DNA of 21,730 bases from Ginkgo biloba (taxonomy: Eukaryota > Plantae > Ginkgophyta). This document shows positions 1 through 8,971 of this stretch, piece by piece. The notes under the pieces are model-generated. The model saw only the letters and a program-made list of their open reading frames with translations. It made no database searches and was not told where the DNA came from. Position 1 is the first letter of the stretch. Each line of letters starts with the position of its first letter. Both the position numbers and the translations under genes were made by a program. The stretch spans positions 78,311,675-78,333,404 of the forward strand of contig JANKJI020000004.1 in assembly GCA_024626585.2 (NCBI GenBank), given 5' to 3'.

Positions 1-380
1 ATAATTTTTGCACGCATATGCCACTTAGCAATATAGAATAAGCCATGAAACTCTCCTATTGGCAAACATGAACCATTAAACACAAGCCAAACATGGCTCC
101 CATGCAAAGTCCTATAGCCTTAGCCCCTAACAACATTCTAGTTCATGAATCACCCACGAGTTGGATATCTCCAAGATGTCTAATAGATAACTATGAAATA
201 CTCACATAGTTTCTTTATGATAGTTTAGCACTCTTCCACATTATCATGTGTACCAATAGACCTTAGGCTACCGCCTCATTGGCTCGAGTTTAATAATATA
301 AAGTAATTGGCGGCCAAACTATCAAGGATGATTGATGGCCCCTTTTTATGATGGCCCAATATGTAGGTCATGACAAGAGG

Positions 381-557
381 GTGAAAGAGCAAGGAAGGTG
401 AAGAGTTAATGGAAGGTGGAAGGTCACTAGAAGGTATTATTCACTAAATGGTGAGAGGTTGCTAGAAGTTGAACAATCACCATAATGTAAAAGTTCACCA
501 AGAATTGAAGGGTCACTAGAAGATGTAAGGTTATGGAATGTGAAGAGTCACGGGAAG
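381..557. repeat. Degenerate 17-18 bp tandem repeat, about 10 units (consensus about GTGAAGGGTCACTAGAAG)
   Basis: Units start at 381, 398, 416, 434, 451, 469, 487, 505, 523 and 540, e.g. gtggaaggtcactagaag, ttgaagggtcactagaag, gtgaagagtcacgggaag. Confidence 0.75.
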
Positions 558-962
558 AAAAGCCAAAGGTTGAGGGGATTGTGCATCAGTCTTCTCTCTC
601 CCCTATTTCATCAATGCAAATGGGTATGGAGGATCAATAGGAGAGATAATGGGAGGGTCCATTGTTGTTGTATGTAGTTAAATAGAGTCAGCATGTTAAT
701 GGGTTTGATCTTTGTAATCTTTTAAATTACGTATAATATCATCTTGAAATGGTCTTATGAGAGCTAATTGGGCCTATAACGTATTTGTATGGTGGTTTGC
801 TCCCATTCCTTTTCTGTTCAACTATATGGATATTGCATATATATGCATTTGCATAATTTCTTTTTGGAGTATGTCCTTTTGCAAAAGTTCAAGTTGTGCA
901 TTATCTCATTTCCATAAATGGATGTCTTTGTCGTTATAAGTAGGCATGGGCACTCACAATGA

Positions 963-1246
963 AGCATGGTGAAGAGATTAGTGGCCTTTCCTTCTCAACC
1001 AACTTCCAATTCTTGTGAGATTGCTAGTGAATACTTTTTATTGGGGATTAAGATTTATGCTTTCACCCTTACCCTTACTTAGAGTTATACTACATAGCCT
1101 ATGAAGGTATGGTGAAGGGGTCAACGACCTTCCTTTTTCTTCCAACAACCCACTCTTGTGAGATCACTTATAAATACTTCTTCTAAGGATTCTGATTTAT
1201 GATTTCACCTTTAGCTTTTTTGGGAGTTAGGCTACATAGCCTATGA
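963..1246. repeat. Old, diverged tandem duplication, 2 x about 142 bp
   Basis: Shared anchors atggtgaag, tcttgtgagat, aatactt, gatttatg.tttcacc and ctacatagcctatga (1090-1104 and 1232-1246). Confidence 0.8.
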
Positions 1247-2669
1247 CCTCTGCCATCTCTTACTTGTTAGAGAGGCAAACGTACCTTAAGGTTTAAGATT
1301 TTATGGGTCATCCACCCTTCATCCCTTTCCAAAGGAACTTAGGTTTGTATCTTACTCTTATTCCTTTTATGAAGCATATTTGCATGCACTTAGGAATTAA
1401 TGAGCATAGCATCACATATACCAGATGCTTGACATTAATGTTGTGCATCAAATGAGTATTTTTTGTTTGTGCACCAAATGAGTATTTTGTGTTTATCTAA
1501 GTTCATTGTTTTGAAAGAAAGAAGCAACTCATGAAATGTTTTTGACATTCATCACAATCTTATCACTGCTAAATTGCTAATGACTTCTATGCATTGCTTC
1601 GACTTTGTTCCTACTTCTTTAACAGACTTCAGCTTCCATTTCATCAGAAAAAAGAAACTCATCACACATTTCGCAAACAAAATAATCTCTTACATTTTGT
1701 GGAATTCATGCAACTATTCTCAACAAAAGCCAAACTCCCCAATACCTTATGCTGTCGAGTATAATTCTACTCAATTGGACCATAAAACAATGTAGATATG
1801 CAAATGAAGCCAAGTTAAATGCGAGGCACATGGTATACTGAATAAGAGCAAAAATAAGAAAAAATACTATTAGAAATTCTATAATACAAATGGTCCAAGC
1901 ACAAGAACAAAACTGCAAAGATTCAATATGTGTGGATGTTGTTCAGTAATGAATAAGGTCACTTCTTCATGTCTTTTAATATGTCATAATTTATTGAAGA
2001 GGAGGGCTAATCCAATGGGTGATCTCTCTTCAAAGGAGGCCTAATAGGTAGGTTATTTCTTGGTGGATCTACTATAATTTGGTGAGTGGGGTTATGTGGG
2101 AGTGGTAAGAGAGGGGGCCCTTCATCCTGGCCAATTTTTTCCTTCCCTTTAGCCACTTGAGACCTCATCTGGACTAGAAGGTCATCTTCTTCTAGACCAA
2201 GCTCATCCTCATCATAATTAATCATATTAAAATATTTAGAGAACCNNNNNNNNNNNNNNNNNNNNNNNNNNNNNNNNNNNNNNNNNNNNNNNNNNNNNNN
2301 NNNNNNNNNNNNNNNNNNNNNNNNNNNNNNNNNNNNNNNNNNNNNNNNNNNNNNNNNNNNNNNNNNNNNNNNNNNNNNNNNNNNNNNNNNNNNNNNNNNN
2401 NNNNNNNNNNNNNNNNNNNNNNNNNNNNNNNNNNNNNNNNNNNNNNNNNNNNNNNNNNNNNNNNNNNNNNNNNNNNNNNNNNNNNNNNNNNNNNNNNNNN
2501 NNNNNNNNNNNNNNNNNNNNNNNNNNNNNNNNNNNNNNNNNNNNNNNNNNNNNAGTCAACATGACTTTATTATTCCCTAAGTCTAATATCTAATTGACCA
2601 TTACTAACCTGATATTATTCTAACAGATATTATAAGGGGTATTGAATGTTATTATTATTATTTTTCTTA

Positions 2670-4059
2670 AAATGATGATATGGCTTCAAATGGTTGTTGG
2701 TGAATAGTTTGGGCATAATTTCACCATTTAAATATTGTAAATGAACAACACTGTTATTAAATAATTTAGTCAACTGAAAAGGTCCCAACCATCAAAACTT
2801 TAATTTCCTTGGATGAGTATTGAACTTATAGTCAAACTAAAACCAGATTGCCTTCTTGGAAAAGTGGATCATGCAAATGGCGATCGTGCCAAGACTTTTG
2901 TTGACATTTGTTGCTCTTTCGCATCCAACCAGCCAGATGACATGTCTCATCCAAGTGTAAAAGATGCAAAAGTTGAGCCTTGTTTGAATCTTCATCCCCT
3001 AGATGACATTCAATGGCAATACGAAGGCTAGGCATGGAAATTTCCATATGGACTACGACTTAGAGTCCATAGACAAGCTGAAAAGGAGTCCAACTAGTTG
3101 CTCTCTCAAGTGTAGTGTGAAAGGTCCATAATACAGAGTAGATCATTTATGCCCAATCCGCACATACAACATCACAAGTCTTGCACAGTGCCTCTTCTAA
3201 TATCTTATGAGAACTTTGAGGTTGGCCATTGCACCGTGGATAATATGGTTATGATTTTTGTTGAGTAATCATAAACTGAGTTATCAAATATTCCACTACA
3301 TCATTTAGAAATCCACCACCCTAATTAGTGATCACTGGTCAATTGTGTTGGACATCTAGAACGAGTAATGATGATCTTATGCAAGAATTTAGCATTTGCA
3401 TATCAATTAGGTGAGATCACCACACAGGGTTTCCACCACTTGGTCTCATAATCCGTAGCTACTTATACGTACTAAGCTTAGCATGATGAGATGGTGGCTT
3501 AATTGGACCAACAAAACCAATTCCTAATGCTTAAATGGTGATTGCGATAGAATCGGTTGTAATGGTAGATAAACATCCCTTATGGGCTTTCCCACACATT
3601 GACAAACATCATATGCTTTACCAAATCAATTGCATCTTGAAATAACTTAGGCCATCATAAGCTACATTAAAATTTTTTCAGCAAGTAGCATTTGCTGCAC
3701 GATGTCCACCCAGTGGTCCATTATGTGGTGCTCTTACTATTTGATAGAGCTCATGCTTCATCATACAATGTTGTAGATGATCAAGACCTAGGCAATACAA
3801 CTATTCAATAGTGAAATGGTACAGAGCATCACAACGAGCCACATTTTGTCTTTTTGTACTATGAAATCCAAGTGGCATAGTGCCAAACTCCAACCATTTT
3901 ACAATATTAGCATACCAATAGGTACATGAAAGAGTTGAGTATTTGGAAAAGTGGATGCTAACTACTAGTTCCCCATTATCAATGCATGATAATTGGTATG
4001 GTATTGTACACACCTAAAATTGGCTAAGCCTTTACCATTTTATGTCTAATTAATGTCAT
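2670..4059 (-). mobile_element. Decayed Ty3/gypsy pol: RNase H end plus integrase (zinc-binding region, catalytic core, GPF/Y module)
   Basis: Minus-strand translation across frameshifts and stops gives QLSCIDNGE (RNase H end, ADxLSR-like), WYANIVKWL, HNGPLGGH...DVCQ (HHCC), GIGFVGPIKPP, PYYPRCNGQ, WTPFQLVYG, FQEGNLVLV, WLGPFQL and NHLKPY. No chromodomain is visible after the GPF module. Confidence 0.9.
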
Positions 4060-4159
4060 NNNNNNNNNNNNNNNNNNNNNNNNNNNNNNNNNNNNNNNNN
4101 NNNNNNNNNNNNNNNNNNNNNNNNNNNNNNNNNNNNNNNNNNNNNNNNNNNNNNNNNNN

Positions 4160-4965
4160 TCAAAATGACAATAAACACATATCATCAGAAGTCATATAAC
4201 AAATTTCACACCACCGTGAAGGTTGTTGATTACTAGTGTTTGGATGTTCATTATGAGTATCGCCATGAGTAGTGCACGGTGGTGGACACCATACATCTTG
4301 TTGTAAAAATGGTTGTTGTAGCTGCAAAGTCAGCTTTGCCAGAGCTGCCTAAAGATTTTCCACCTAAGCTTGCAGTGTCGTCTTATTAAGGTCAAGTGTA
4401 TACACTAGAGGTTGAGGATTGTGAAATGCATATCCTGCAAATACCTTCCAATGCATTGCAAATATCCTGTTAGTGTACACATGAGGATCCTCTATTTGCA
4501 TTTGCTTTTCAAGCTGTAAGGCTAAATCCGGTACTTGATTATAATCTTGTAATGGGTGTTGTCAAATCTTCTCATGTAGCCTGGGTGCCAAACCATTGAG
4601 GAAATTTTCCATCTGATGTGCTTGAGAAATAGGTGCATGCATGTGTATCTTGGGGACGGTGACTTGGATACGCCCATCAAAATCTTGTGCCAGTTCATCT
4701 CTGCCTCATCGAATTTTTCCTTGAGGCCTTCAAAATAGTGGAAGGACCTCACAATTGTTGGAAGTGATCTAGAAAGGTAGATTGAGGATCTACCCACTGC
4801 TTGCTTGTGGTAGTCATGAAGGGATACCATGCCAAGGCCCTATCACTTGGCGTATGAAAGAACTGCTTCTTAATTTACTTCTTCTCTTGAATTCCCCAAA
4901 TTTCAATCATATTTAGGAATAGGGCAAGATGATCTGTTATATCATTAGTTCCATTGTAAACCATT
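4160..4965 (-). mobile_element. Decayed Ty3/gypsy gag (retrotransposon gag domain plus two degenerate CCHC zinc knuckles)
   Basis: Minus strand gives NGTNDITDHLALF...KQFFHTPSDRALAWY...W...FLDHF...QMENFLNGLAPRL...DYNQVPDLALQLEK, then VWCPPPCTTHGDTHNEHP and RWCEICYMTSDD. There are many stops and frameshifts. Same strand as, and upstream of, the integrase, separated by a 100-N gap (4060-4159). Confidence 0.82.
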
Positions 4966-5061
4966 NNNNNNNNNNGAACATGTCCACGCATACTGGGCTG
5001 GTCGAAGTTGATTGCCCAATGGGAGTGGATTGTCTGTCATGATGCCAATACTACGAAATAG

Positions 5062-5549
5062 TGGAGTTTTCCTAATACTTCCTGGAGATATTGCTGAAAA
5101 ACTTTGTTTGTTAGATTTGTTGCTTCTTGCGAACTCCTCTTTGGAAGATACATTATTAAAGGATTTAATTCTGCAAAAGACAACAGCCTGGGGATCTTCC
5201 TCTGGCACTTCCTTATGTTCAGGAGCTTATNNNNNNNNNNNNNNNNNNNNNNNNNNNNNNNNNNNNNNNNNNNNNNNNNNNNNNNNNNNNNNNNNNNNNN
5301 NNNNNNNNNNNNNNNNNNNNNNNNNNNNNNCTTATTTTTAAGATAATAAAAAATGATACAACTTTTATTTTTTGACTAAAGAATTAATATATATGGATTT
5401 TTCCTAATATTTCTCATAGATACTGCTGAAAATCTTTTTGCGTAAAATTTATGGCTTCTTATCAACTCCTCTTTGGAAGATACACTATTAAAGGTTTGAA
5501 ATTTACAGAAGGCAATCACCTGGGGATCATCCTCTGTGACTTCCTTATG
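5062..5549 (-). repeat. Two diverged copies of a 156-bp module (5062-5217 and 5394-5549) on either side of a 100-N gap
   Basis: Ungapped alignment; I count 32 mismatches in 156 nt (about 79% identity). Both copies are open in the same minus-strand register. Confidence 0.85.
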
Positions 5550-5822
5550 TTTGGAGGTTACCAGTTCTTCAATCATGGGTTCAAATTGGTCCCCACCGTA
5601 TGACTATACACTAGCACCTGCAGTATTTCTTCTGTCCTTAGGTAGGGTATTGGGCTCTGTGGCTGCATTCCCTACTGCTGCTTTGGTCTTCCTTTTCCTG
5701 GGCTTGGTTTTCCTGCTACTGATAAAATCATGATTCTGTCCTCTCACTTATTTTGACCGATGTCTGTTTCTATACTGCTTCTCACAAGAAATGAGAACCA
5801 ACTTTTGCTCCTTGGGTGGCAT
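5376..5822 (-). pseudogene. Unidentified decayed ORF (about 148 codons) starting MPPK, with two in-frame stops
   Basis: One frame reads MPPKEQKLVLISCEKQYRNRHRSK*VRGQNHDFISSRKTKPRKRKTKAAVGNAATEPNTLPKDRRNTAGASV*SYGGDQFEPMIEELVTSKHKEVTEDDPQVIAFC...; its C-terminal module is duplicated at 5062-5217. Confidence 0.35.
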
Positions 5823-6009
5823 TAGTAGATTTCAGGCCAAAAGAGCTTAGCTAGCCATAGAAATAAAATCAATCACCAAGAATATAATAGTCAGAATCCT
5901 GTGCCTCTTGAGATTACGACCTATGATTAGACTGCAGATTGTACCTTCACTGAGCAGTAAAAATTAGCATCCATCATGGCAATAACTAGAAAGGTCTTAC
6001 CAGTCAGCA

Positions 6010-6505
6010 GTTACTACGTCTCAGTGCACTGAAGAAACTGCAGGTCAAATAAGAATGACGCTCCTTACAATGTGTGTGTCTGCACAGGGAAGTGAGGGCT
6101 ACCGTTTCCACCTGGTACGACAATCGGATCACCGTAATCCTTTTTTTGTTGGTGCTGAGATGACGAATAGAGAATGCTTGTGCCACCAATTGATCAAAGA
6201 TCGTATGGAACTGCATCTGAAACTGACTCCTCTGAAACCATCATGGAAAAATGAAAAATCGACTGCCAGATTCTTAGAAGGCTATGGAACCAGTGTTGGC
6301 TAATTTTGGTGGCACTGTTAGAAGCCAAGCCTTGCATGGCGGACCCAGATTGCGCATGCATTTATCTACCATGCACGCGCGTCATTATAATCATTGCAAA
6401 TTGAAGCATAGAACAAGAGGCAAGAATCATCCATATTATTATTATAGCAAGACAACTCGAACGAACTGTCACATAATCTGAATCCTCTATGCCAACTCTC
6501 ACGCA
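6010..6505. promoter_or_regulatory. CpG-retaining patch, candidate promoter or regulatory region
   Basis: About 17 CpG in about 500 bp by manual count, against roughly 15 in the first 2.2 kb. Contains TTGCGCATGCA and CATGCACGCGCGTCA (RY-like and CGCG-box-like motifs). Confidence 0.3.
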
Positions 6506-6706
6506 CCTTACATTAATAATCATCCATATTGTTATTACNNNNNNNNNNNNNNNNNNNTGTTATAATTTTTTAACTATTCACTAACCACTTACTATCCACA
6601 GGTATGATCTAGATCGTTAATACATTATATATACATTTAACAGTAACATGGGATTGTCCATGCACATATTCTGTCACTGGAATGGTCGCAAGCCAGCAAG
6701 TAATTT

Positions 6707-6966
6707 GTTGGCTGACGCTTCATTCATTGTGGACATCTCACTGAATGTGGAAGGTTAATGGACATAAGAACTCTTTCTAGATGCCGATCAAACAGTTGGC
6801 TACCTGTACTTTGCTTTGGAAGTGGAATTTATTTTTGGTTGGCTGATGCTTCATTCAATGTCGACATCTCACTGAAGGCGGAAGGTTAATGAACATAAGA
6901 ACTCTTTCTAGATGCTGATAAAACAGTTGGCTACCTGCACTTTGCTTTGGAAGTGGAATTTATTTT
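6707..6966. repeat. Recent tandem duplication, 2 x 131 bp, just upstream of the first visible PGDH exon
   Basis: 6707-6835 vs 6838-6966: ungapped, 9 mismatches in 129 nt. Confidence 0.95.
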
Positions 6967-7078
6967 AGGATGCATGTTGCTTTAGCATCAGAATCTCAGC
7001 ACATTTACCTTGAGAGGTTGCTGTCACAAAATTGTTGTGGGTGCTGACATAATTCTCGCTGTGTCTACTATCAAACAG

Positions 7079-7189
7079 GCAGCGTTGGATGTGTTCACGG
7101 AAGAACCTCCAGAGAAAGATGACAAGTTAGTGCAGCATGAAAATGTCATAGTGACACCTCACCTTGGAGCAAGCACAATGGAAGCACAG
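7079..7189 (+). CDS. PGDH: PGDH internal exon (37 codons, includes catalytic Glu and His motifs)
   Basis: Acceptor tcaaacAG at 7077-7078 with an upstream CTGAC branch-like site; donor CAG|GTac at 7190; encodes [37 protein letters not shown]. Confidence 0.95.
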
Positions 7190-8971
7190 GTACACTCCTG
7201 TGGGGAGTAGAGCTGGATGTTGTTAGTATTCATTGTGCATAGATTTTGTTATTCTTTCATTCAGTTCACATCCTTAAAGATGTGTTCATAGATTTATGTT
7301 CATTCCTGTGTGCCTATATTGCATACATATATGTTAATTTGTGTATACATATACAGGGAGGGATGATTTTCTGTGTACGTTGTGCTGATGGGATGTTTCT
7401 CTTGTTTCAAATCTGGCACTTGTAGTAATATCTTTGGTTAACCTGCATAAATTATCTTCACTGCAGGAAGGTGTGGCCATAGAGATTGCTGAGGCTGTTG
7501 TTGGAGCCCTGAAAGGCGAGCTTGCAGCAACAGCTGTCAATGCACCCATGGTTCCTGCTGAGGTAAACTATATCCATCGCTCTATCCCGTTTGGTTTTCC
7601 AGTCTTTGGGGGGCGGTGTTGTTGGGTGTGTGTGTGTGCAAACTTACTAGCTATCATCTGCAAGTCATTAATAAGTTGGATGCGCTTTATGTGCACCTTG
7701 GAATTGTTTCTACGACATTAAAATTCCTCTCTCTCTCTCTCTCTGTGTATATCTTCTCTCTTTTTTTTCTTTTTGAAGTTTAATTTGCTGCATGATGGGT
7801 TATTGATGCTGCAGTCTCATTTCATGAAATCCTGTTAGTGTTTTTCTATTAAAACAAGTTTCAGTTTCAGTTTCAGTGTCATCATTGCTTCTAAGTTTGC
7901 CCACTATTTTTAGCACCCCTACAAAATTCGTTATGTTCTGCTTTGCAATCTTAAGCTATTTGGGTGGGTTGTAGACATGGTATGGTTTTCTTATGTTCAC
8001 TGTGCCTGGAGCTCATATCTGAATCTATCAATCAAACCAAACACTATCCTGAAAAAATGGTATGCAGGTATGCATAGTACTTGCATCCATGTTCAGTACT
8101 CTTCTTGGCAGAATTTGCTATACTGCTCTGCATATTGTCATCTTTAGTGTCTTCATGTTGTGGAGGGTTATGACAAAGTGGCCAAGAGACATCTGCTAGC
8201 GTCTGCTGTGTGGAGATTAGTTGGACTTATGAATTGACCCTTCCAAGTGTCTGCATGTCCACTAACTGACCTAAATATGATATTTTGGTTGTTTCTTGTT
8301 AGGTTCTCTCGGAGCTTGCTCCATATGTCATTTTGGCAGAAAAGTTGGGGAGGCTTGCTGTACAGTTGGTAGCAGGAGGAAGCGGTGTGAAATCAGTGAA
8401 AGTGACCTATGCCTCTGCTAGGGCAGGCGATGACTTGGACACAAGATTACTTCGTGCCATGATTACCAAAGGACTCATTGAACCTATCTCTAGTGCCTTT
8501 GTGAACCTGGTCAATGCAGACTTCATAGCTAGGCAAAGGGGTTTGCGACTAAGTGAGGAAAGGGTACTACTTGACGGATCACCGGCAGAACCAGTAGAGT
8601 CGATACAGGTTCAAATTGCACATGTGGAATCCAAATTTGCCAGTGCTATTTCAGAAAGTGGAGATATCACGGTGGAAGGGAAGGTGAAGGATGGAATTCC
8701 CCATCTTTCTAAGGTTGGGGCCTTCGGTGTTGATGTTAGTTTGGAGGGAAGCGTCATTCTTTGCAGGCAAGTTGATCAACCTGGCATGATTGGAACAGTT
8801 GGAAGCATTTTGGGGGAGGAGAATGTCAATGTAAATTTTATGAGTGTTGGCAGAATTGCTCCCAGAAAGCAGGCTGTCATGGCAATAGGAGTCGATGAGG
8901 AACCGAGTAAGGCATCCCTGAAGAGAATTGGGGAAGTTCCAGCCATTGAGGAATTTGTTTTTCTGAAGTTA
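7079..8971 (+). CDS. PGDH: D-3-phosphoglycerate dehydrogenase, plant type I (probably plastidial), 5'-partial; join(7079..7189,7467..7562,8303..>8971)
   Basis: Spliced translation [11 protein letters not shown]...[67 protein letters not shown]...[31 protein letters not shown]...EEFVFLKL. It contains the D-2-hydroxyacid dehydrogenase catalytic motifs (DVFxx[10 protein letters not shown]), then an ASB-like region and a C-terminal ACT domain. EEFVFLKL is the typical plant PGDH C-terminus, so the stop codon should be the first bases of the N gap starting at 8972. Confidence 0.96.
7467..7562 (+). CDS. PGDH: PGDH internal exon (32 codons)
   Basis: Acceptor cactgcAG at 7465-7466; donor GAG|GTAAAC at 7563; encodes [32 protein letters not shown]. 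Confidence 0.95.
7727..7744. repeat. (CT)9 microsatellite in PGDH intron
   Basis: Seen directly; a short (TG)n tract also lies near 7627-7638. Confidence 0.85.
8303..8971 (+). CDS. PGDH: PGDH terminal coding exon (223 codons; ASB and ACT regulatory domains)
   Basis: Acceptor gtttcttgttAG at 8301-8302 with CTAAC/CTGAC branch-like sites near 8262-8270. The frame is open from VLSELAPY to EEFVFLKL, up to the N gap. Confidence 0.96.

Larger units (their letters stand above)
1..2245 (-). mobile_element. Probable 3' internal region of a retrotransposon with decayed additional ORF(s)
   Basis: Lies downstream of the integrase on the same strand and is CpG-poor. Fragments include an acidic/basic/Pro-rich peptide (DEDELGLEEDDLL...AKGKEKIGQDEGPPLLP, 2007-2225) and Ser/Pro hexapeptide repeats. 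No named domain recognised. Confidence 0.45.

Noticed and set aside
5600-5750. In-frame TAA/TAG stops removable by U-to-C RNA editing
   Set aside because: Such editing is known from organellar transcripts of ferns, hornworts and some lycophytes. This is nuclear DNA, and C>T decay explains the stops more simply.
6425-6537. 20-bp near-repeat AATCATCCATATT(A/G)TTATTA at 6425 and 6518
   Set aside because: Short, AT-rich and next to a gap; no function can be supported.
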